This document shows positions 39,584 to 53,000 of a stretch of 64,000 bases of DNA, one piece after another. The position numbers and the translations under genes are program-made. A model generated the notes under the pieces. The model was not told where the DNA came from, made no database searches, and saw only the letters and a program-made list of their open reading frames with translations. Source of the DNA: Amphiscolops sp. MND2022 (Eukaryota); NCBI GenBank assembly GCA_964187785.1, contig OZ076409.1, forward strand, positions 76,138,001 through 76,202,000. The letters run 5' to 3'. Position 1 is the stretch's first letter. Each line of letters opens with the position of its first letter.

Positions 39584-41038
39584 GATCTTAGTACCGTCAG
39601 CTATCAGTAGAAAATTTCCCTCAAAAACCGGGATCTCGGGAACTAACCGTAGGATTTGAAAGTTGGAGCGGCCCCCACCAGATTTTCCCGAATAGATCGC
39701 CCCCCACCGGGCTCCATACCCCGGAAAATTTTTTTTTGGCCACACGGGCGACAGTTAGGGGGTCATTTTAGGGGTAAAATTCATATTGGTCCATATAACT
39801 TTTTTCCTGTTGGTTTAAAAGTTTGGGAACCCTTCTAAAGGTTTTTCGACCATGTTGCAAGGGCTCCGGAGGTGCAAACCAAATTTTTCTATCTTGGAGC
39901 TATCTCCAAGTACCCCCCCGCTCAAACCGTTATTTTTCCGGAAACGCAGGTTTTTGACCCGGAAGGAGTCGTCTGAGCGCGGGGTCGTTAGGTGATGTTT
40001 TGGGGACGGCCTTGAGACAAAGTGGGGGACAAGTAGTTTGCCAACCTCAATTTACCCCCCGGACGGGAAATGACCGTTATATGAGCGTGAAAAATGCCCC
40101 CCTCCACGTTTTACCGCTATTTCCGGTGTGAAGGTGTGGGAGTAGCGCGTCGGGTGCCATATATCAAAAGTAGGTTTAGACAAGGATCTATCAAAAACAT
40201 GTGGTTTGGGACCCCCTGACCCAACCCGTTAGCGGGAAATGGGGCTTCCGCCTCCTTTTTTTTCGGTTAAAAACGGAAAATGGGCATTGAGGGGTAAATA
40301 TCTCGTGAACGCGTGGAGCTACGGTGTCCTTCACTACTACAAGGTTTCATACCCATGATATGGTGCCTTCAGGGGGGCAAACAGATTTCCGCTATCTATC
40401 AGCGTTACGGACTTGGCCCCCCAGCCTAACCGCTATGTGACCGGAAATGTCACTTTTTGAGCCCAAAGGGTCGGTCCCAGCCAGGGAACGTTAGATAACT
40501 TATTGTAGTACTCATTGAGACGAGTTGGGGGACATAGTTTCAGTCACCCCCGTTACCCCTTGGGACCGGAAATGACCGTTATGTGGGTAAAATTGGGATT
40601 TTTGTACTTTTTGAAGGGCAATTAGGTGCGGAAGGAGTGGTAATAGTTGCTTGGACACTATATGATGGAAGGGAGGACGTGAGGCGAACATTCGGACATA
40701 ACCGTTATGTTGACCCTAAAGTCCCCCTGGTACCGTAAACGACCGGAAATGGTCAAATTTTGTGTCTATTGGGTACAAATGTTTGGTATTTTGTAAATAA
40801 AAGTATCTATTAGGTGTTTCGACGGTCTGCAGTAGTGAACATAGTCATGAAACCTTGTCGGGGGGTAACGGTATATAGCACCGGAAGTCCAAACCGTTAG
40901 AGACGGGATAGGTTTTTTCGTTTTAAAATGTCTTTCGGCGTACTTTTGTCAACTAATATGGAATATTTTTTAAAATTAAAGTTTTTCCATATAGTTTCAG
41001 AGACTCCCAAACCTCAAACAACATAACCGTTACCTTAT

Positions 41039-41082
41039 GATAGCCTTTCAAGTTGGCCTGGTGTCAACTTGGAAGGGCTATC
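41039..41082 (+). other. Family B long hairpin (first copy in the B array; also at 3718-3765)
   Basis: GATAGCCTTTCAAGTTGGC-ctggt-GTCAACTTGGAAGGGCTATC pairs with G-T wobbles and one bulge. One copy per complete B unit. Confidence 0.85.
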
Positions 41083-44000
41083 CTTCAAAAATCGTTGATC
41101 AAGTGTGTTTTTGGGTATGTTTGAATCATTTTAGAATCAATTAGAGCTTCAAGAAAAATTTGCCAACGACAAAAACTATGTCGTGATGATTCCGTTATTA
41201 GAGTAATAGTTAACAAAATGTTGATAAAGTTGATTTTGTACATTTCAAATGTGTCCTTTATGCCAGAAAACCTTTTTACCAAACTAATGATATTGATTGA
41301 ATTGTATATAACAGGTAATAAAAGTTCAAATTGAATATTACGTTTCATTTTGTAAGCTGAAACGTGATATTATAGTTTAATTAACGTCAACGCCACATAC
41401 TTTACATCAACGCCCACCGTCTGTGGGCATGCCGAGGCATGCCCTTCGACGACGTATACCAAACACCCTCCATATCTACACCCTAACCGCGGTAGCAGCT
41501 AGGTGCGGGGGGGTAACCCCAACAAAGATATTGGAGGATTCGGGTAGGGTCCTGAATCCGATCTTAGTACCGTCAGCTATCAGTAGAAAATTTCCCTCAA
41601 AAACCGGGATCTCGGGAACTAACCGTAGGATTTGAAAGTTGGAGCGGCCCCCACCAGATTTTCCCGAATAAATCGCCCCCCACCGGGCTCCATACCCCGG
41701 AAAATTTTTTTTTGGCCACACGGGCGACTGTTAGGGGGTCATTTTAGGGGTAAATTTCATATTTGTCCATAAAACATTTTTCCTGTTGGTTTAAAAGTTT
41801 GGGAACCCTGCTGAAGGTTTTTCGACCATGTTGCAAGGGCTCCGGAGGTGCAAACCAAATTTTTCTATCTTGAAGCTATCTCCAAGTACCCCCCCGCTCA
41901 AACCGTTATTTTTCCGGAAACGCAGGTTTTTGACCCGGAAGGAGTCGTCTGAGCGCGGGGTCGTTAGGTGATGTTTTGGGGACGGCCTTGAGACGAAGCG
42001 GGGGATATATAGTTTGCCGACCCCAGTTTACCCCCCGGACGGGAAATGACCGTTATATGAGCGGAAAAAATGCCCCCCTTCACGTTTTACCGCTATTTCC
42101 GGTGTGAAGGAGTGGGAGTAGCGCGTCGGGTGCCATATATCAAAAGTAGGTTTAGACAAAGACCTATCGGAAACATGTGGTTTGGGACCCCCTGACCCAA
42201 CCCGTTAGCGTGGAATGGGGCTTCCGCCTCCTTTTTTTACGGTTAAAAACGGAAAATGTGCATTGAGGGGTAAATATCTCGTGAACGCGTGGAGCTACGG
42301 TGTCCATCACTACTACAAAGTTTCATACCCATGATATGGTGCCTTCAGGGGGGCAAACAGATTTCCGCTATCTATCACCGTTACGGACTTGGCCCCCCAG
42401 CCTAACCGCTATGTGACCGGAAATGTCACTTTTTGAGCCCAAAGGGTCGGTCCCAGCCGGGGCACGTTAGGTACCTTATTGAAGTACTCATTGAGACGAG
42501 TTAGGGGATACAGTTTCAGTCACCCCCCGTTACCCCTTGGGACCGGAAATGACCGTTATGTGGGTAAAATTGCAATTTTTGTGCTTTTTCGAGGGCATTT
42601 AGGTGCGGAAGGAGTGGTAATAGGTGCTTGGACACTATATGATGATAGGGAGGAAGTGAGGCGAGCATTCAAAAATAACCGTTATGTTGACCCCAAAGTC
42701 CCCCTGGTACCGGAAGTGACCCGTAACGGTCAAATTTTGTGTTTTTAGGGTACAAATGATTAGAATTTTTTGGAAAAAAGTACCTGGTCGGTGTTTCAAC
42801 GGCTTGCAGTAGTGAACATAGTCATGAAACCTTGTGGGGGGTAACGGTATATAGCACCGGAAGTCCAAACCGTTGGAGACAGGATAGGTATTTTGGTTTT
42901 AAATGCCTATAAGCGTACTTTTGTGGGTTGAATTGTTTCAATATCGACTAATTTGGATATTTTTTTGACATTGAAGGTTTTTTCAATAGTTTCAGGGACC
43001 TCCAATGCTTCAATCAATATAACCGTTACCTTATGATAGCCTTTCAAGTTGGCCTGGTGTCAACTTGGAAGGGCTATCCTTCGAAAATCGTAATTCAAGT
43101 GTGTTTTTGAGTACGTTTTTATTACTTTAATATCAATTAGAGCCTAATCATTAGTTTGCCAACGACAAAAACTATGACGTGATGATACCGTTAGTAGAAG
43201 AATAGTTAACAATTTGTTGACAAAATTGATTTTTTGCATTTTAAATGTTTCCTAAATGCCAGGAAAACAATTTATCTAATGAATGGTACTGATTGAACCC
43301 AAGTATCATTTGAAAAAAAGTTAAACATTGTTTTTTCGTTTCATTATGGAAGCTGAAACCTCACGTTTTAGGTCACTTAACGTCAACGCCACATACTTTA
43401 CATCAACGCCCACCGTCTGTGGGCATGCCGAGGCATGCCCTTCGACGACGTATACCAATTACATATATATCTACACCCACCCGCGGTAGCAGCTAGGTGC
43501 GGGGGGGTAACCCCAACAAATATATTGGAGGATTCGGGTAGGGTCCTGAATCCGATTTTAACTCTAATAGCTATCGATAGGAAATCTTGCAAAAATTTCG
43601 GGATCTCGTGATCTAACCATAGGATTTTAAAGTTGGAGCGGCCCCCACCAGATTTTCCGAAAATTAGCGCCCCCCACCGGGTTCCATACCCCGGGAAATT
43701 TTTTTCTGGCCACACGGGCGACCGTTAGGGGGTCATTTTAGGGGTAAAATTCATATTGGGCCACATAACTTTTTTTCTGTTGATTTAAAACTTTGGAACC
43801 CTGCTAAAAGTTTCTTGACCGTGTTGCAGGGGCCCCGAAGGTCCAAACCAAATTTTTCTATCTTGAAGCTATCTCCAAGTACCCCCCCGCTCAAACCGTT
43901 ATTTTTCCGGAAACGCAGGTTTTTGACCCGGAAGGAGTCGTCTGAGCGCGGGGTCGTTAGGTGATGTATTGGGGACGGCCTTGAGACGAAGTGGGGGACA

Positions 44001-47000
44001 AGTAGTTTGCCAACCTCAATTTACCCCCCGGACGGGAAATGACCGTTATATGAGCGTGAAAAATGCCCCCCTCCACGTTTTACCGCTATTTCCGGTGTGA
44101 AGGAGTGGGAGTAGCGCGTCGGGTGTTATATAACAAAAGTAGGTTTAGACAAGGACCTATCGGAAACATGTAGTTTGGGACCCCCTGGACCAACCCGTTA
44201 GCGGGAAATGGGGCTTCCGCCTCCTTTTTTTAGTGCTAAAACCGTAAAATGGGCATTGAGGGGTAAATATCTCGTGAACGCGTGGAGCAATCGTGTCCAT
44301 CACTACTACAAGGTTTCATACCCATGATATGGTGCCTTCAGGGGGGCAAACAGATTTCCGCTATCTATCACCGTTACCGACTTGGCCCCCCAGCCTAACC
44401 GCTATGTGACCGGAAATGTCACTTTTTGAGCCCAAAGGGTCGGTCCCAGCCGGGGAACGTTAGGTAACTTATTGTAGTACTCAATGAGACGAGTTGGGGG
44501 ATATAGTTTTAGTCACCCCCCGTTACCCCTTGGGACCGGAAATGACCGTTATGTGGGTAAAATTGCAATTTTTATACTTTTTCAAGTGTATTTAGGTGCG
44601 GAAGGAGTGGTAATAGGTGCTTGGACACTATATGAGGTAAGGGAGGACGTGAGGCGTGCATTCGGAAATAACCGTTATGTTGACCCTAAAGTCCCCCTGG
44701 TACCGTAAACGACCGGAAATGGTCAAATTTTGTGTCTATTGGGTACAAATGTTTTGTATTTTGTAGATAAAAGTATCTATTAGGTGTTTCGACGGTCTAC
44801 AGTAGTGAACATAGTCATGAAACCTTGTGGGGGGTAACGGTATATAGCACCGGAAGTCAAAACGTTGGAGACAGGATAGGTTTTTTGGTTTTAAAATGTC
44901 TTTCGGCGTAATTTTTCCGACTCTTGTGGACTATTTTTAAAAATTAAAGTTTTTCCATATAGTTTCAGAGACTCCGAAACCTCAACCAACATAACCGTTA
45001 CCTTATGATAGCCTTTCAAGTTGGCCTGGTGTCAACTTGGAAGCGCTATCCTTCTGAAATCGTTAATCAAGAGTGTTTTTGGGTAGGTATATATTGCATT
45101 AGTACCAATTAGAGCTTCATCAACAGTGTATCAACGACAAAAACTATGCCGTCATGATTCCGTTATTAGAATCATAGTGAGCAAATTGTTGAAAAAATGG
45201 TTTTTTCCATACAAAATGTGTCCTAAATGCCAGGCAACCTATTTACCTAACAAATGGTATTAATTGGAATGTATGTAACAGATTTATAAAAGTTCAAATT
45301 GAATATTACATTTCATTATGGAAGCTGAAACGTCATATTTTAGTTTAATTAACGTCAACGCCACACACTTTACATCAACGCACACCGTCTGTGGGCATGC
45401 CGAGGCATGCCCTTCGACGACGTATGACAAATCCATATCAAACGACGCCCGTACATCCCGGGCTAGGTGCGGGGGGGAAACCCCATCCCTTATCTTGGAG
45501 GATTCGGGTAGGGTCCTGAATCCGATTTTAGTTCGCCCAGCTCTCAGTAGAAATCTGGGAAATTTTTTGCGATCTCGTGATCTAACCATAGGATTTTAAA
45601 GTTGGAGCGGCCCCCACCAGATTTTCCAAAGTTATTCGCCCCCCACCGGGTTCCAGCGTGATTGAAATATTTTGTCGGGGTACACGGGCGACCGTTAGGG
45701 GTCATTTTAGGGGTAAAATTTATATCCGGTCGCATAACTTTTTTCCTGTTGGTTTAAAACTTTAGGACCCTGCTAAAAGTTTCTTGACCATGTTGCAGGG
45801 GCCCCGGAGGTCCAAACCAAATTTTTCTATCTTGAAGCTATCTCCAAGTACCCCCCCGCCCAAACCGTTATTTTTCCGGAAACGCAGGTTTTTGACCCGG
45901 AAAGAGTCGTCTGAGCGCGGGGTCGTTAGGTGATGTTTTGGGGACGGCCTCGAGACGAAGCGGGGGATATATAGTTTGCCGACCCCAGTTTACCCCCCGC
46001 ACGGGAAATGACCGTTATATGAGCGGAAAAAATGCCCCCCTCCACGTTTTACCGCTATTTCCGGTGTGAAGGAGTGGGAGTAGCGCGTCGGGTGTTATAT
46101 ATCAAAAGTAGGTTTAGACAAGGACCTATCGGAAACATGTAGTTTGGGACCCCCTGGACCAACCCGTTAGCAGGAAATGGGGCTTCCGCCTCCTTTTTTT
46201 ACTGCTAAAACCGTAAAATGGGCATTGAGGGGTAAATATCTCGTGAACGCGTGGAGCAATCGTGTCCATCACTACTACAAGGTTTCATACCCATGATATG
46301 GTGCCTTCAGGGGGGCAAACAGATTTCCGCTATCTATCACCGTTACCGACTTGGCCCCCCAGCCTAACCGCTATGTGACCGGAAATGTCACTTTTTGAGC
46401 CCAAAGGGTCGGTCCCAGCCGGGGAACGTTAGGTAACTTATTGTAGTACTCAATGAGACGAGTTGGGGGATATAGTTTCAGTCACCCCCGTTACCCCTTA
46501 AGACCGGAAATGACCGTTATGTGAGTAAATTTGCCGTTTTTGTCCTATTTGAAGGGCATTTAGATGCGGAAGGAGTGGTAATAGGTGCTTGGACACTATA
46601 TGAGGTAAGGGAGGATATGAGGCGAGCATTCGGAAATAACCGTTATGTTGACCCCAAAGTCCCCCTGGTACCGTAAACGACCGGAAATGGTCAAATTTTC
46701 TGTTTATAGGGTACAAATGTTTGGTATTTTGTAGATAAAAGTATCTATTAGGTGTTTCAAAGGCCTCCAGAAGTGAACATCGTCATGAAACCTTGTGGGG
46801 GGTAACGGTATATAACACCGGAAGTCCAAACCGTTGGTCACAGAATAGGTTTTTTGGTTTCAAAATGTCTTTAGGCGTAGTTTTATGGGTTGAATCGTCA
46901 TAATATCAACTATTACGGACATTTTTCGGAAAAAAAATTTTTTCACATTAGTTTCAGAGACCTCCAATGCTTCAGTCAACATAACCGTTACATTTTGATA

Positions 47001-50000
47001 GCCTTTCAAGTTGGCCTGGCGTCAACTTGGAAGGGCTATCCTTCTAAAATCGTTAATCAAGAGTGTTTTTGGGTAGGTATATGTTGCATTAGTACCAATT
47101 AGAGCTTCATCAACAGTTTGCCAACGGCAAAAACGATGTCGTGATAATTCCGTTATAAGAATATTATTTAAAAAATTGTTTACAAAGTTGATTTTTTTCA
47201 TTTAAAATGTGTCCTAATGCCACCAAATTGAATAAAATAATAAATGGTATTGACTAAAACTAAATAACATTGAAAAAGAAGATCAACATTTTTATTAGGT
47301 CTCATTATGGAAGCTGAAACCTCACGTTTTAACTTGATTAACGTCAACGCCACATACTTTACATCAACGCCACCGTCTGTGGGCATGCCGAGGCATGCCC
47401 TTCGACGACGTATACCAAACAACCTCCATATCTACACCCGATTGCGGTAGCAGCTAGGTGCGGGGGGGAAACCCCATCCCTTATCTTGGAGGATTCGGGT
47501 AGGGTCCTGAATCCGATCTTAGTTCGCCCAGCTCTCAGTAGAAATCTGGGAAATTTTTTGCGATCTCGTGATCTAACCATAGGATTTTAAAGTTGGAGCG
47601 GCCCCCACCAGATTTTCCAAAGTTATTCGCCCCCCACCGGGTTCCAGCGTGATTGAAATATTTTGACGGGGTACACGGGCGACCGTTAGGGGTCATTTTG
47701 GGGGTAAAATTTATATCCGGTCGCATAACTTTTTTCCTGTTGGATTAAAACTTTGGGACCCTACTAAAAGTTTCTTGACCGTGTTGCGGGGGCTCCGGAG
47801 GTCCAAACCAAATTTTTCTATCTTGAAGCTATCTCCAAGTACCCCCCCGCCCAAAACGTTATTTTTCCGGAAACGCAGGTTTTTGACCCGGAAGGAGTCG
47901 TCGGAGCGCGGGGTCGTTAGGTGATGTATTGGGGACGGCCTTAAGACGAAGTGGGGGACATGCAGTTTGCCAACCCCAGTTTACCCCCCGGACGGGAAAT
48001 GACCGTTATATGAGCGGGAAAAATGCCCCCCTCCACGTTTTACCGCTATTTCCGGTGTGAAGGAGTGGGAGTAGCGCGTCGGGTGCCATATATCAAAAGT
48101 AGGTTTGAACAAGGAACTATCGGAAACATGTGGTTTGGGACCCCCTGGACCAACCCGTTAGCGGGAAATGGGGCTTCCGCCTCCTTTTTTTACTGCTAAA
48201 ACAGTAAAATGGGCATTGAGGGGTAAATATCTCGTGAACGCGTGGAGCAATCGTGTCCATCACTACTACAAGGTTTCATACCCATGATATGGTGCCTTCA
48301 GGGGGGCAAACAGATTTCCGCTATCTATCACCGTTACCGACTTGGCCCCCCAGCCTAACCGCTATGTGACCGGAAATGTCACTTTTTGAGCCCAAAGGGT
48401 CGGTCCCAGCCGGGGAACGTTAGGTAAATTATTGTAGTACTCAATGAGACGAGTTGGGGGATATAGTTTCAGTCACCCCCCGTTACCCCTTGGGACCGGA
48501 AATGACCGTTATGTGGGTAAAATTGCAATTTTTATACTTTTTCAAGTGTATTTAGGTGCGGAAGGAGTGGTAATAGGTGCTTGGACACTATATGAGGCAA
48601 GGGAGGACGTGAGGCGAGCATTCGGAAATAACCGTTATGTTGACCCTAAAGTCCCCCTGGTACCGTAAACGACCGGAAATGGTCAAATTTTGTGTCTATT
48701 GGGTACAAATGTTTAGTATTTTGTAGATAAAAGTATCTATTAGGTGTTTCGACGGTCTGCAGTAGTGAACATAGTCATGAAACCTTGTGGGGGGTAACGG
48801 TATATAGCACCGGAAGTCCAAACCGTTGGTGACAGGATAGGTTTTTTGGTTTTAAAATGTCTTTCGGCGTACCTTTGTCGACTATTAAGGACTATTTTTA
48901 AAAATTAAAGATTTTCCATATAGTTTCAGAGACCTCGAAACCTCAACCAACATAACCGTTACCTCATGATAGCCTTTCAAGTTGGCCTGGTGTCAACTTG
49001 GAAGGGCTATCCTTCAAAAATCGTCAATCAAGTGTGTTTTTGGGTATGTTTGTATCATTTTAGAATCAATTAGAGCTTCAAGAAAAGTTTCCCAACAACA
49101 AAAACTATGTCGTGAAGATTCCGTTACTAGAATTATAGTTAGCAAATTGTTGAGAAAATTTTTTTTTCCAAATTAAATGTGTCCTAAATGCCAGGAAACC
49201 TATTTTACTAACAAATGGTATTGATTGGAATGTATGTAACAGATTTATAAAAGTTCAAATTGATTATTAGGTTTCATTATGGAAGCTGAAACGTAATATT
49301 TTAGTTTAATTAACGTCAACGCCACACACTTTACATCAACGCCCACCGTCTGTGGGCATGCCGAGGCATGCCCTTCGACGACGTATACCAAATACATACC
49401 TAACGACGCCCGTACATCCCGGGCTAGGTGCGGGGGGGTAACCCCAACAAAGATATTGGAGGATTCGGGTAGGGTCCTGAATCCGATCTTAGTACCGCCA
49501 GCTATCAGTAGAAAATTTCCCTCAAAAACCGGGATCTCGGGAACTAACCGTAGGATTTGAAAGTTGGAGCGGCCCCCGCCAGATTTTCCCGAATAGATCG
49601 CCCCCCACCGGGCTCCATACCCCGGAAAATTTTTTTTTGGCCACACGGGCGACAGTTAGGGGGTCATTTTAGGGGTAAAATTCATATTGGTCCATATAAC
49701 TTTTTTCCTGTTGGTTTAAAAGTTTGGGAACCCTTCTAAAGGTTTTTCGACCATGTTGCAAGGGCTCCGGAGGTGCAAACCAAATTTTTCTATCTTGAAG
49801 CTATCTCCAAGTACCCCCCCGCTCAAACCGTTATTTTTCCGGAAACGCAGGTTTTTGACCCGGAAGGAGTCGTCTGAGCGCGGGGTCGTTAGGTGATGTT
49901 TTGGGGACGGCCTTGAGACAAAGTGGGGGACATGTAGTTTTCCAACCTCAATTTACCCCCCGGACGGGAAATGACCGTTATATGAGCGTGAAAAATGCCC

Positions 50001-53000
50001 CCCTCCACGTTTTACCGCTATTTCCGGTGTGAAGGTGTGGGAGTAGCGCGTCGGGTGCCATATATCAAAAGTAGGTTTAGACAAGGATCTATCAAAAACA
50101 TGTGGTTTGGGACCCCCTGACCCAACCCGTTAGCGGGAAATGGGGCTTCCGCCTCCTTTTTTTTCGGTTAAAAACGGAAAATGGGCATTGAGGGGTAAAT
50201 ATCTCGTGAACGCGTGGAGCTACGGTGTCCTTCACTACTACAAGGTTTCATACCCATGATATGGTGCCTTCAGGGGGGCAAACAGATTTCCGCTATCTAT
50301 CACCGTTACGGACTTGGCCCCCCAGCCTAACCGCTATGTGACCGGAAATGTCACTTTTTGAGCCCAAAGGGTCGGTCCCAGCCAGGGAACGTTAGATAAC
50401 TTTTTGTAGTACTCATTGAGACGAGTTGGGGGACATAGTTTCAGTCACCCCCCGTTACCCCTTGTGACCGGAAATGACCGTTATGTGGGTAAAATTGGGA
50501 TTTTTGTACTTTTTGAAGGGCAATTAGGTGCGGAAGGAGTGGTAATAGGTGCTTGGACACTATATGATGGAATGGAGGACGTGAGGCGAACATTCAGACA
50601 TAACCGTTATGTTGACCCTAAAGTCCCCCTGGTACCGTAAACGACCGGAAATGGTCAAATTTTGTGTCTATTGGGTACAAATGTTTGGTATTTTGTAAAT
50701 AAAAGTATCTATTAGGTGTTTCGACGGTCTGCAGTAGTGAACATAGTCATGAAACCTTGTGGGGGGTAACGGTATATAGCACCGGAAGTCCAAAACGTTA
50801 GAGACGGGATAGGTTTTTCCGTTTTAAAATGTCTTTCGGCGTACTTTTGTCAACTAATATGGAATATTTTTTAAAATTAAAGTTTTTCCATATAGTTTCA
50901 GAGACTCCCAAACCTCAAACAACATAACCGTTACCTTATGATAGCCTTTCAAGTTGGCCTGGTGTCAACTTGGAAGGGCTATCCTTCAAAAATCGTTGAT
51001 CAAGTGTGTTTTTGGGTATGTTTGAATCATTTTAGAATCATTTAGAGCTTCAAGAAATGTTTGTCAACGACAAAAACTATGTCGTGATGATTCCGTTATT
51101 AGAGTAATAGTTAACAAAATATTGATTAAGTTGATTTTTTACATTTCAAAAGTGTCCTAAAAGCCAGAAAACCTCTTTACCAAACAAATGGTATTGATTG
51201 GATTGTATATAACAGGTAATAAAAGTTCAAATTGATTATTACGTTTTATTATGTAAGCTGAAACGTCATAATATAGTTTAATGAACGTCAACGCCACATA
51301 CTTTACACCAACGCCCACCGTCTGTGGGCATGCCGAGGCATGCCCTTCGACGACGTATACCAAATACATTTCATATCTACACCCACCCGCGGTAGCAGCT
51401 AGGTGCGGGGGGGAAACCCCAACAAAATTTTTGGAGGATTCGGGTAGGGTCCTGAATCCGAGTTCAGTGCTGCCAGCTTTCGTTAAGAAAATTTGGATAG
51501 GATTCGGGATCTCGTGATCTAACCATAGGATTTTAAAGTTGGAGCGGCCCCCACCAGATTTTCCGAAAATTAGCGCCCCCCACCGGGTTCCATACCCCGG
51601 AAAATTTTTTTCTGGCCACACGGGCGACCGTTAGGGGGTCATTTTAGGGGTAAAATTCATATTGGGCCACATAACTTTTTTTCTGTTGATTTAAAACTTT
51701 GGGACCCTGCTAAAAGTTTCTTGACCGTGTTGCAAGGGCTCCGGAGGTCCAAACCAAATTTTTCTAGCTTGAAGCTATCTCCAAGTACCCCCCCGCCCAA
51801 AACGTTATTTTTCCGGAAACGCAGGTTTTTGACCCGGAAGGAGTCGTCTGAGCGCGGGGTCGTTAGGTGATGTATTGGGGACGGCCTTGAGACGAAGTGG
51901 GGGACATGTAGTTTGTCAACCTCAGTTTACCCCCCAGACAGGAAATGACCGTTATATGAGCGGGTAAAATGCCCCCCTCCACGTTTTACCGCTATTTCCG
52001 GTGTGAAGGAGTGGGAGTATTGCGTCGGGTGTTATATAACAAAAGTAGGTTTAGACAAGGACCTATCGGAAACATGTAGTTTGGGACCCCCTGGTCCAAC
52101 CCGTTAGCGGGAAATGGGACTTCCGCCTCCTTTTTTTACTGCTAAAACCGTAAAATGGGCATTGAGGGGTAAATATCTCGTGAACGCGTGGAGCAATCGT
52201 GTCCATCACTACTACAAGGTTTCATACCCATGATATGGTGCCTTCACGGGGGCAAACAGATTTTCGCTATCTATCACCGTTACCGACTTGGCCCCCCAGC
52301 CTAACCGCTATGTGACCGGAAATGTCACTTTTTGAGCCCAAAGGGTCGGTCCGAGCGTGGGGTCGTTAGGTAACTTATTGTAGTACTCAAAGAGACGAGT
52401 TGGGGGATATAGTTTCAGTCACCCCCCGTTACCCCTTGGGACCGGAAATGACCGTTATGTGGGTAAAATTGCCATTTTTGTCCTATTTGGAGGGCATTTA
52501 GATGCGGAAGGAGTGGTAATAGGTGCTTGGACACTATATGATGTAAAAGAGGACGTGATGCGAGCATTCGAAATTAACCGTTATGTTGACCCCTAAGTCC
52601 CCCTGGTACCGTAAATGACCGGAAATGGTCTAATTTTGTGTTTATTGGGTACAAATGTTTGGTATTTTATGAATTAAAGTACATGGAAGGTGTTTCAAAG
52701 GCCTCCAGAAGTGAACATCGTCATGAAACCTTGTGGGGGGTAACGGTATATAACACCGGAAGTCCAAACCGTTGGTCACAGAATAGGTTTTTTGGTTTCA
52801 AAATGTCTTTAGGCGTAGTTTTATGGGTTGAATCGTCATAATATCAACTATTACGGACATTTGTCGGAAAAAAATTTTTTCACATTAGTTTCAGAGACCT
52901 CCAATGCTTCAGTCAACATAACCGTTACATTTTGATAGCCTTTCAAGTTGGCCTGGCGTCAACTTGGAAGGGCTATCTTTCTAAAATCGTTAATCAAGAG

